From positions 1 through 48,353 of the forward strand of contig NZ_JBIKJI010000001.1 of the NCBI RefSeq assembly GCF_044361065.1: a stretch of 48,353 nucleotides of DNA, read 5' to 3'. The notes beneath the pieces were generated by a model, which saw nothing but the letters and a program-made list of their open reading frames with translations, ran no database searches and had not been told where the DNA came from. Positions 1 through 8,327 of this stretch are shown here, one piece after another (the stretch's first letter is position 1; every line of letters begins with the position of its first letter). This DNA comes from Flavobacterium sp. (lineage in GTDB: Bacteria; Bacteroidota; Bacteroidia; Flavobacteriales; Flavobacteriaceae). The translations under genes were made by a program, and so were the position numbers.

Positions 1-737
1 ATAGAAACATAGTTTTTTGAAATATTAAAGACGTTTCACTTTACATTAGTATAAACATAGCTGTTTTTATAAAAAATTGACTTATTAAATTATTTTTAAA
101 AGTCTAAAATCTATTTTCTTAATTCTATTCTCTTTTTAAAAGTTTTCAACATATATTAAAAACAACAAAAAAAGATTTTAATTAAATTTAAATTATTGAT
201 GGTTATTATAGCGTGTTAATATGTGGTATAAATTTATTTTCAAATGTTGTTTTACAAACTTATAGTAAGTTATACAAATTAATAAACACTCAAAAATTTT
301 GCTAATTACTTCTTTTCCAAGGAAATTTTATTTTTAAAACAAATCTTATTAACACCTGTTAAAATCTTAATCCGAGATTGTTTTGTATATAACTCAATTT
401 ATAAATTTTGTTAATAACCACGTAAAAAGTATTCATAAAAAAACAATAAAATGTAATAACTAAATTTTGATTTTAAATTTAAGATTTGCATTACAAATTT
501 TAATTTCACACCAGCAAAAAACTTATTATTTTCTATCTTAAGTTATCAACACGTAATGTTAAATTAACATTAACTGATTATCAACTCATTATCAAAAAGT
601 ATTAACAACCCTCTTTTTTCGATTGGTTTTTGTAAAAACATTAAAATAAGAAACCAATAATATTTACAAATTTACTTTATGATACGCTACATATTGATTA
701 TTTTTGTAAAACAATATTAACAACACTACTCACTATT
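1..737. other. Candidate chromosomal replication origin (oriC); long AT-rich intergenic region with clustered DnaA-box-like 9-mers
   Basis: No ORF in the track. Boxes: TTTTCAACA 143-151, TGTTAATAT 214-222, TTATACAAA 270-278, TTATTAACA 346-354, TGTATATAA 384-392, TGTTAATAA 409-417, TTATCAACA 543-551, TTATCAACT 578-586, TTATCAAAA 589-597, GTATTAACA 599-607, ATATTAACA 714-722. Confidence 0.6.
699..706 (+). promoter_or_regulatory. Bacteroidota housekeeping-sigma -7 element for rpiB
   Basis: TATTTTTG matches TAnnTTTG, about 30 bp upstream of the ATG at 738. Confidence 0.6.
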
Positions 738-1169
738 ATGACAGTATCAATTGGTAACGACCACGCGGGTCCAGACTACAAAAAAGCAATAGTTAACTAT
801 TTAGAAAGCAACAATTATCAAGTTATTAACCACGGAACAGATACTTTTGAAAGCGTAGATTATCCAGATTTTGGTCACGCTGTAGCGAATGATGTTGTAA
901 GTAAAAAAGCAGATTTTGGAATTGTAATTTGTGGCTCTGGAAACGGAATTGCGATGTCGGCAAACAAACACCAAGATATTCGTGCCGCTTTATGTTGGAC
1001 GAAAGAAATTGCGGAATTAGCGCGTCAGCATAATGATGCGAATATAATTTCTATTCCGGCACGTTATACCTCTATCCAACAAGCAGTGGAAATGGTAGCT
1101 ACATTTTTAAATACCGATTTTGAAGGCGGAAGACACGCAAATAGAGTGAATAAAATTGCTTGTAAATAA
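738..1169 (+). CDS. rpiB: Ribose-5-phosphate isomerase B
   Basis: Motifs GNDHAG, SVDYPD, ICGSGNG, ARQHNDAN and FEGGRH. Confidence 0.97.
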   Translation: MTVSIGNDHAGPDYKKAIVNYLESNNYQVINHGTDTFESVDYPDFGHAVANDVVSKKADFGIVICGSGNGIAMSANKHQDIRAALCWTKEIAELARQHNDANIISIPARYTSIQQAVEMVATFLNTDFEGGRHANRVNKIACK

Positions 1170-1178
1170 TATTTTGTG

Positions 1179-1216
1179 TTAATTCCGTCAACCAACTGAC
1201 GGAATTAATATTTTTA
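1179..1216 (+). terminator. Intrinsic terminator after rpiB
   Basis: TTAATTCCGTCA (1179-1190) / TGACGGAATTAA (1197-1208) perfect 12-bp stem, followed by TATTTTT. Confidence 0.8.
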
Positions 1217-1237
1217 ATACTTTCCACAATTAACATT

Positions 1238-1283
1238 ATTTAATTCATTAAATCAAACCAACATTGCTGTAAAAAGTATTAAA
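1238..1283 (+). pseudogene. Decayed duplicate of the tex 5' end
   Basis: 1251-1283 matches tex 2046-2078 at 29/33 nt and encodes the same NQTNIAVKSI. It has no start codon and a 2-nt deletion upstream. Confidence 0.75.
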
Positions 1284-1331
1284 AGTTTAATATGATTATT
1301 TAAAAAACGTTTAAACACAGCCATTGGACAA

Positions 1332-1352
1332 AAATGTCGTAGAAATGTCGTA
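1332..1352 (+). promoter_or_regulatory. Direct-repeat putative operator upstream of the XRE gene
   Basis: AAATGTCGTA at 1332-1341 and 1343-1352 (11-bp period); TAATTTTG -7 element at 1386-1393. Confidence 0.55.
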
Positions 1353-1416
1353 AAAAAACCATAAGACCAAATATCAATTTCATTTTAATTTTGATGAAAT
1401 TTTTAAAAACATTAAA

Positions 1417-1980
1417 ATGGAAACAATCGGATCAAAGATTTCTAAAATTAGAAAACAAAAAGGAATGTCTCAAGAAGAACTTTCTGACTTATCAAAAATT
1501 AATTTAAGAACGTTACAAAGAATTGAAAAAGACGAAAACCAACCAAGCGGCAACACATTAAGATTAATTTGTGAAACGTTACAAATTAATATTGAAGAAA
1601 TTATTAATTATGGTAAAATAGAAGACAATAGTTATCTTATGTTTCTTCATTTATCTATAATTTCAAATGTAATTATTCCTTTAGGAAATATTATTTTTCC
1701 ATTGATTTTGTGGCTAAACAAAAGAGAAAGCATTATAAACGTAGACAAACAAGGAAAAAATATATTAAATTTTCAAATTTTATTTTCTATAGTGAGTAAT
1801 TTATTATTTTTTGTCACTGCTTATTTCAAAATATCTCATACTTTTAACACTGAAATTTTATTATACACTTCCCTTATGTTGATTGCCTTAAATACGAGTT
1901 ATTCTGTCTATGCGTCAATAAAAATAAAACAAAATAAAATCAAAGAATATTACATAAATCCAATTGTTTTTGTGAAGTAA
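1417..1980 (+). CDS. XRE-family HTH regulator fused to a DUF4870-like membrane domain
   Basis: N-terminal IRKQKGMSQEELSDLSKINLRTLQRIE HTH; C-terminal hydrophobic helices with PLILW...QGKNILNFQI. Confidence 0.85.
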   Translation: METIGSKISKIRKQKGMSQEELSDLSKINLRTLQRIEKDENQPSGNTLRLICETLQINIEEIINYGKIEDNSYLMFLHLSIISNVIIPLGNIIFPLILWLNKRESIINVDKQGKNILNFQILFSIVSNLLFFVTAYFKISHTFNTEILLYTSLMLIALNTSYSVYASIKIKQNKIKEYYINPIVFVK

Positions 1981-2021
1981 ATCAAAATAAAATTTAAATA
2001 AAATTAATTTTTTGGAAAATA

Positions 2022-4154
2022 ATGACCACAATCCAATTCATACAAAACCAAACCAATATTGCTGTAAAAAGCATTGAAGCTACGATTCAATTACTTTCGG
2101 AAGATTGCACGATTCCCTTTATTTCTCGTTATCGAAAAGATCAAACAGGAAATTTAGATGAGGTACAAATTGAGCAAATTGCTAAATTAAACAAGCAATT
2201 TATTGAAATTGTAAAACGAAAAGAAAGCATTTTAAAATCGATTGAGGAGCAAAACGCACTTTCGGCAGAATTGAAATCAAAAATCGAAAACAGTTTTGAT
2301 TTACAAGAATTGGAAGATTTCTATTTGCCATATAAAAAGAAGAAAAAAACCAAAGCAGATACCGCGCGTGAAAACGGATTGGAGCCATTAGCAAAAATAA
2401 TAATGTCTCAACGAAATGATGACATTGAGTTTTTGGCATCGAAATATTTAAATGAAAAAGTTGCCAATGAAGACGAAGCCCTTCAAGGCGCTCGAGATAT
2501 TATTGCCGAATGGATAAACGAAAATATTTTCATTCGAAAATCGCTACGAAGAACCTTTCAGCGTAAAGCCGAAATTACCACTAAAGTAGTTAAAACCAAA
2601 AAAGACGACGAAGCCGCTCAAAAATTTAATCAATATTTTGATTGGTCTGAAAACGTAAGCAAAGCGCCATCGCACCGATTATTAGCGATGTTACGTGCTG
2701 AAGCAGAAGGTTTTATCAAGTTGAACGTAGGTTTAAATGATGACGATAAAAGCGAAGTGATTCGTTTTATGGAAGATAATTTAATCAAAACCAATAACGA
2801 AAGCGGCGAACAAATTGAAAAAGCGATAAAAGACAGTTATAAAAGATTGTTAGAACCCGCTATTTCAAACGAAACGTTGCAAGAAGCAAAAACCAAAGCC
2901 GATATAAAAGCTATTGATGTTTTTGCAGAAAATTTACGTCAGTTGTTGTTGGCGCCACCATTAGGTGAAAAACGCATTTTAGCTATTGACCCGGGTTACA
3001 GAAGTGGCTGCAAATTAGTTTGTTTGGATGAAAAAGGCGATTTATTAAACAACGAAACGGTATATCCGCACGCACCACAAAACGATAGCGCTATGGCGAT
3101 GAAAAAAATCCGTTCGATGGTTAATGCATACAATATTGAAGCGATTTCTATTGGAAACGGAACCGCATCTCGAGAAACGGAGTTTTTCATTAAAAAAATT
3201 GCTTTTGATAAACCCATTCAGGTTTTTGTGGTTTCAGAAGCAGGTGCATCAGTGTACTCGGCTAGTAAAATTGCGCGCGATGAATTTCCAAATTATGATG
3301 TAACGGTGCGTGGTTCGGTTTCTATTGGAAGACGACTTTCAGATCCGTTGGCGGAATTGGTAAAAATCGATCCAAAATCTATTGGAGTTGGACAATACCA
3401 GCACGATGTAGATCAAAATAAATTAAAAGAGCAATTAGATACTGTAGTAATGAGTTGTGTAAACTCGGTAGGCATTAACGTAAATACAGCTAGTAAATCG
3501 TTGTTGAGTTATGTTTCTGGAATTGGCGAAAAAATGGCTGAAAACATTGTGGCATTTCGCACAGAAAACGGCCCTTTTGAAGACAGAAAGCAACTAAAAA
3601 AAGTACCCCGTTTGGGCGAAAAAGCGTACCAACAAGCCGCAGCATTTATTCGTATTAAAGACGGAAAAAATCCATTAGATAATTCGGCAGTGCACCCAGA
3701 AGCGTATGCAATTGTTGAAAAAATGGCTAAGGATTTAGGTGTTAAAACAACAGACTTGATTGCCAACAAAGAAAAAATAGCACAAATCCAACCAGAAAAT
3801 TATATTACATCTGAAATTGGAATTTTAACACTAAAAGACGCTTTAAAAGAGTTGGAAAAACCTGGATTAGACCCAAGAAAAGCCGCTAAAGTTTTCGAGT
3901 TTGACCCGAATGTTCGCACGATAAAAGATTTAAAAAAAGGAATGATTTTACCAGGAATAGTAAATAATATTACCGCTTTTGGTTGTTTTGTGGATATCGG
4001 AACCAAAGAAAGTGGTTTGGTGCATATTTCGCAATTAAAAGCAGGATTTGTATCCGATGTAAACGAAGTGGTAAAATTACACCAACACGTGCAAGTAAAA
4101 GTGGTTGAGGTAGATGATGCAAGAAAGCGCATTCAGTTGACGATGGTATTGTAA
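2022..4154 (+). CDS. tex: Tex-family RNA-binding transcriptional accessory protein
   Basis: TIPFISRYRK, AIDPGYRSGCK, VSEAGASVYSAS, IGVGQYQHDV, HhH motif and C-terminal S1 domain. Confidence 0.95.
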   Translation: MTTIQFIQNQTNIAVKSIEATIQLLSEDCTIPFISRYRKDQTGNLDEVQIEQIAKLNKQFIEIVKRKESILKSIEEQNALSAELKSKIENSFDLQELEDFYLPYKKKKKTKADTARENGLEPLAKIIMSQRNDDIEFLASKYLNEKVANEDEALQGARDIIAEWINENIFIRKSLRRTFQRKAEITTKVVKTKKDDEAAQKFNQYFDWSENVSKAPSHRLLAMLRAEAEGFIKLNVGLNDDDKSEVIRFMEDNLIKTNNESGEQIEKAIKDSYKRLLEPAISNETLQEAKTKADIKAIDVFAENLRQLLLAPPLGEKRILAIDPGYRSGCKLVCLDEKGDLLNNETVYPHAPQNDSAMAMKKIRSMVNAYNIEAISIGNGTASRETEFFIKKIAFDKPIQVFVVSEAGASVYSASKIARDEFPNYDVTVRGSVSIGRRLSDPLAELVKIDPKSIGVGQYQHDVDQNKLKEQLDTVVMSCVNSVGINVNTASKSLLSYVSGIGEKMAENIVAFRTENGPFEDRKQLKKVPRLGEKAYQQAAAFIRIKDGKNPLDNSAVHPEAYAIVEKMAKDLGVKTTDLIANKEKIAQIQPENYITSEIGILTLKDALKELEKPGLDPRKAAKVFEFDPNVRTIKDLKKGMILPGIVNNITAFGCFVDIGTKESGLVHISQLKAGFVSDVNEVVKLHQHVQVKVVEVDDARKRIQLTMVL

Positions 4155-4157
4155 GTA

Positions 4158-4919
4158 TTAGAGAAATGCATTCCAAAGGAAAACATTTTTTTCTCTTTTT
4201 TTCTCTTCTTCATCGTTCCCGTAGCTCCACCAATCTTTTGTTTTGTCTTCAATAAGTGTCCTAAATTCTAAATTAGAAAACATTTTTTTAGCGGTTATAG
4301 GTTTTATTTCAGTTGGATTTGTAACGGTTAAGTTTACTTTGGTTGCTATGTAAGAAGTATATAATCTTGGTATTGTAAGACCTAAAATCATTCCAGGTAA
4401 TCCATTTATTGAACAAGGTCCGCCACTAATGGTGATATCATCGGTATAAAACGCAAAAATATACACATCACCAAAAATTTTTCCAACCGCTTTACGGCAA
4501 TTATAACCTGCAATTTCACGGTTTTCGTTAGTAATTCTCCATTCAATAGGCGCAATACTATCTGAAATTACAATAGTTGAACCAACCACTTGTTTTTGTG
4601 AACTCATAGAGTTTGTATTAAAATCATAATACCAACTTTTTTCTTCGTCTTGGTCTTTTTCATTTTTTGGAATTCTTGTTTTTTCGCTCCAGCGATTAAA
4701 TTTGAATAAACTTTTATTGTCTGTAAAACTGTATGTCCAATAAGATGTTTTAAGTTCTGAAAGACTTTCTTTCATCATTTCATCCCAACTATTATTACTC
4801 ATATTTTTCTTGACATTAGTATTTACCTCAAACTCAATTTCGGCTTTGTCAACAAATTGCTGTGCTGTTGAGCAAAAGCTAAAAAACAACATTGTTGCTA
4901 CTAAATATACTGATTTCAT
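4158..4919 (-). CDS. GLPGLI-family exported protein
   Basis: Signal peptide; W-x-I-TNENREIAGYNCRKA and GGP...GLPGMIL motifs. Confidence 0.9.
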   Translation of the reverse strand: MKSVYLVATMLFFSFCSTAQQFVDKAEIEFEVNTNVKKNMSNNSWDEMMKESLSELKTSYWTYSFTDNKSLFKFNRWSEKTRIPKNEKDQDEEKSWYYDFNTNSMSSQKQVVGSTIVISDSIAPIEWRITNENREIAGYNCRKAVGKIFGDVYIFAFYTDDITISGGPCSINGLPGMILGLTIPRLYTSYIATKVNLTVTNPTEIKPITAKKMFSNLEFRTLIEDKTKDWWSYGNDEEEKKREKNVFLWNAFL

Positions 4920-4935
4920 CGCTTTTATGTTTTAA

Positions 4936-7701
4936 TTATTGTTTATTTTTAAAATTCCAGATAAAACCAATCATAGCATAGCGTTTAAGTCTATCATTCT
5001 GTTCTTCTCCAATTACATTGCCATAGTTATATCGTTCAATTCCAATGTTTTGATTAAGAATATCTCTAACCAAAAAGTAGGCAGTAAATTCATCGTTTTT
5101 AAAAGTGCGTTGTACTCTTGCGTTCCAAATTTGATTTGTAAGATTACTCTGAAAATCATCCGTTTTTTGTCGAGTATATAAGTTATAATCTGTGCTAATT
5201 TTCCAATTTTTACTTAAATAATAGCTTGCATCTATACTTAAATTATAGGTATTAAATGAGTTTACTTCGTTGTTAAGTGACGTACTATTTCTATTATTTG
5301 AAAATTGATTATTGATGTAAAATTCATAACTTTTTTCTTCTGATTTAGAAAAATAAAACGAAAAATTTGAATTTATATTCTTTGAATTGTTCAGAACATT
5401 ATTAATACTTATCATCGATTTATTATAACTAATTGAAGGATTAATTCCGGCATCCAAATCAAACTTTTTTATTTTGAAACCATATCCCATATAAAAATTA
5501 CCAGAAAAATTACCGTTGGTATTGATTGCTTTAGAGGTAGTTTTTGCGTTGTCAATATCAATATCTCTGTTATAAGTAATTAAATTCGACGTAGTTCTAA
5601 AATTAACGCCTTGATACATATGAGATTCGCTCAAGATATTATAATTATTATGAGAAATATTTATACTATTTGTAAAAGATTGCTTCAAGTCAGGATTTCC
5701 AATAATTTGATTAAAAAAATCTTGATTGTTTCGCAAGGGTTGTAATTGGTCAATCGTTGGTTGCGATGTTGAGCCATTATAATTTATTCTTAAATTACCA
5801 TTGTTTTTATATTTGTAAGAAAAACTTGCCGATGGAAAAAGATTGGTATAGTTTCGCTTGTACTCTTTATTGAAGGTTTGGTCAATCAAATCAAAAAAGG
5901 TAAATCCAAATCCACTACCAAAACTATAATTTATTTTTTTGGAGTTATAACTCATTATTAAATTGGGTTTGTTAACTACAATAGTTTGTTCAAATTGATT
6001 TGACAGTCCACTATTCAGTAAATCATATTGGTTCGATAAAGTTGAAAAATCATACGTTAATTGATTGTTTTTTCCCGTGTTGTAAGCAATTTGATAACCA
6101 AGTTGTAACGCCCAATTTTTAGCAATCGGCTCAGTATAAACAAGATTTACATTCGTGTTTTGAGTTGTTTTTTTGCCAATTTTATTTTGATTAAGACTTA
6201 TAATAGAGGAAGAAATACCCGAAATAAAACTTTCATTATCAGATTTTAAATAATTATCAGACTCATTATTTAAACTACTCCAAGACAAGTTCATTGAAAA
6301 AGTACGACGTAATTTAGCAAATTTATGTTTGAATAAAACGGAAGCCATTAATGATTGTTTATCCGATTTTGTATCTAGATTTTTCTGACTTTTATTTTTT
6401 AAAACGCCAATTTCATCAGTAGTTGTGCCATCGGTAAATTCATTACTTGTAGTAGCATAAAAATTTGTTTTTGTATTTATTTTAATCGTATTTAACGAAT
6501 CTAATTTTATATCATAAGACGCATTGAATTTATAATTGTTTCTTGTGACGTTTGTAGCGGTCGAAGTGTTTTCATTTAGTTGTGTTACACCAATTTGTGA
6601 TTTATTATATCTTTTATTGTTATTAGTGTAGTTTTGATTATTAAATTTTGGCGATAAATTTAAGGTTTGTTTGTCGTTCCATTTGTTGTTGTAATGCAAT
6701 CCAGCATTCGTGTTTTTTATAAAACCATTTTGTGTATCCACTTGAGGTTCGTCATCATTATTGCCTCCAATCCATTGGTAACTTACATTTCCATCATCAT
6801 CCATATTCATCGTAACATCGCTGTTTTCACCACCAAATTTATCGCTATCCTCCCAATCTAAACCGTCCTGACCCGTATTTCCATTTAATAAAAAAGCCGA
6901 AATTTTCCTTTTTCCTTTAAACGCACTTAACATCAAATTACTGTTATACCTTGGGTCTTGGTCTTCTAATGGTCCAGCAGAGTTGTCTATTTTTCCAAAA
7001 CGGCCTTTCTTTTTATCTTCTTTAAGTTTCAGATTTATTGTTTTTTGACTTTTCCCATCGTCTATTCCTGTAAATTCTGCTTGATCACTTTTTTTATCAA
7101 ATACTTGTACTGTTTTAACCGCATCGGCACGAAGATTTTTTGTTGCCATTCCTGGGTCGTCACCAAAAAATTCTTCACCATCCACTAGAACTTTTTTAAC
7201 CGATTCGCCCATTGCTTTGATTTCTCCATTTTTATCAACTTGAATGCCAGGAAGTTTTTTTAGTAATTCTTCCACATTTGCGTTTACATCAACTTTATAA
7301 TCACTTGCTCTATAGCTAGTTGTGTCACCTTTAATTCGTATTGAACCGCCTTTAATAATTACTTCTTCTATTAATTTACTTTTGCTAAATAACCCAATTG
7401 TTTCTAGGTTATTTTCATTTTCTTTTATTTCTACTTCATCTACATAATCAGCAAATAGACTGTTTGAAATGCTTAAAATATATTTTCCTGATTTGATGTT
7501 TTTAATTAAAAACTTACCTTCTTTATCAGACCTTGTAAATCGATACAAAATAGAATCTTTTGGCGTTATTAAAGCAATTACTGCATTTTCAACAGGATTT
7601 TTTTCTAAATCATTTACTCGCCCAGAAAGGGTTCCTTTTTGAGAAAAGGAAGAAATAGAAAAAAATAGGAAAGCAACACGTAAACAATTACATTTTAACA
7701 T
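4936..7701 (-). CDS. Outer-membrane beta-barrel protein (TonB-dependent-receptor-like) with N-terminal carboxypeptidase-regulatory-like domain
   Basis: Signal peptide, VEELLKKLPGIQVD plug-like motif, VLVDGEEFFGDDP, GNPDLKQSF, aromatic-ended C-terminal strand (IGFIWNF). Confidence 0.88.
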   Translation of the reverse strand: MLKCNCLRVAFLFFSISSFSQKGTLSGRVNDLEKNPVENAVIALITPKDSILYRFTRSDKEGKFLIKNIKSGKYILSISNSLFADYVDEVEIKENENNLETIGLFSKSKLIEEVIIKGGSIRIKGDTTSYRASDYKVDVNANVEELLKKLPGIQVDKNGEIKAMGESVKKVLVDGEEFFGDDPGMATKNLRADAVKTVQVFDKKSDQAEFTGIDDGKSQKTINLKLKEDKKKGRFGKIDNSAGPLEDQDPRYNSNLMLSAFKGKRKISAFLLNGNTGQDGLDWEDSDKFGGENSDVTMNMDDDGNVSYQWIGGNNDDEPQVDTQNGFIKNTNAGLHYNNKWNDKQTLNLSPKFNNQNYTNNNKRYNKSQIGVTQLNENTSTATNVTRNNYKFNASYDIKLDSLNTIKINTKTNFYATTSNEFTDGTTTDEIGVLKNKSQKNLDTKSDKQSLMASVLFKHKFAKLRRTFSMNLSWSSLNNESDNYLKSDNESFISGISSSIISLNQNKIGKKTTQNTNVNLVYTEPIAKNWALQLGYQIAYNTGKNNQLTYDFSTLSNQYDLLNSGLSNQFEQTIVVNKPNLIMSYNSKKINYSFGSGFGFTFFDLIDQTFNKEYKRNYTNLFPSASFSYKYKNNGNLRINYNGSTSQPTIDQLQPLRNNQDFFNQIIGNPDLKQSFTNSINISHNNYNILSESHMYQGVNFRTTSNLITYNRDIDIDNAKTTSKAINTNGNFSGNFYMGYGFKIKKFDLDAGINPSISYNKSMISINNVLNNSKNINSNFSFYFSKSEEKSYEFYINNQFSNNRNSTSLNNEVNSFNTYNLSIDASYYLSKNWKISTDYNLYTRQKTDDFQSNLTNQIWNARVQRTFKNDEFTAYFLVRDILNQNIGIERYNYGNVIGEEQNDRLKRYAMIGFIWNFKNKQ

Positions 7702-7862
7702 AATATTTTTTTAGGGCATACAAAAAAACCACGGTTCTTTCCAACAAAAATAAGGAAACAGTTGTAATTTCAATGGGTTTAACAATTAATTAAACGAGTT
7801 TTATTAAAAAATATTTTACTAAAGCGTAAACTTTTTACTATAATTCAAGAAATAACCTAAAA

Positions 7863-7924
7863 TAAAAAATTCCAAATCCCAAGTTTTTAAATTTGGAATT
7901 TGGAATTTTTATATTGGAATTTTT
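7863..7924 (-). terminator. Hairpin with heptamer-repeat arms; likely tatA terminator
   Basis: AAAAATTCCAAATCCCAA (7865-7882) / TTGGAATTTGGAATTTTT (7893-7910), 17/18 complementary; an extra TTGGAATTTTT copy follows. Confidence 0.65.
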
Positions 7925-7930
7925 AAAAAT

Positions 7931-8134
7931 TTATTCTTTTGTTTCTTCTTCTTTTTTAACTACTGGAGTTTCATCTTCACCTTTAGCCGCTTTTTTAAAT
8001 TCCTTGATACCGCCACCAAGTCCTTTCATTAATTCTGGAATTTTTTTACCTCCAAAAAATAAGACAACAACAGCAATAATAATAATCCACTCTGTTCCAC
8101 CAATGGCTCCTAAAGTTATATATAAAGAATTCAT
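7931..8134 (-). CDS. tatA: Twin-arginine translocase subunit TatA/E
   Basis: TM helix followed by [23 protein letters not shown]; -7 element TACCTTTG on the minus strand at 8161-8168. Confidence 0.95.
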   Translation of the reverse strand: MNSLYITLGAIGGTEWIIIIAVVVLFFGGKKIPELMKGLGGGIKEFKKAAKGEDETPVVKKEEETKE

Positions 8135-8327
8135 TTTGTTTAAATTTTAAATTTATACCACAAAGGTACATAAAAAAATAAAACACAAATAAAATTATTC
8201 TTTTTTATTGGCACAACTTGTCCCGAATCTCAAGATTTACTAATTGGCACATTCGCTAATTGTATTATATTTGTATAAAATCAGTTGATTTGTCTCAAAA
8301 AAAGACTAAAAAACAAAACCGACAAGT

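Noticed and set aside
1-10. Possible minus-strand ATG (10-8) of a divergent gene leaving the window
   Set aside because: Only three codons are visible, so it cannot be supported.
1-737. Structured ncRNA or riboswitch in the long intergenic region
   Set aside because: No GC-rich stems or recognisable RNA motifs; repeated DNA boxes explain the region better.
1238-2078. XRE cassette as a prophage or IS
   Set aside because: No integrase, transposase or terminal inverted repeats; kept only as an insertion scar.
2200-4176. Minus-strand ORFs inside tex (2200-2439, 2996-3217, 3509-3769, 3800-4132, 3970-4176)
   Set aside because: Antisense shadows of a well-supported gene, with no recognisable motifs.
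7893-8150. 85-aa plus-strand ORF
   Set aside because: Antisense to tatA and starts within a repeat/terminator.
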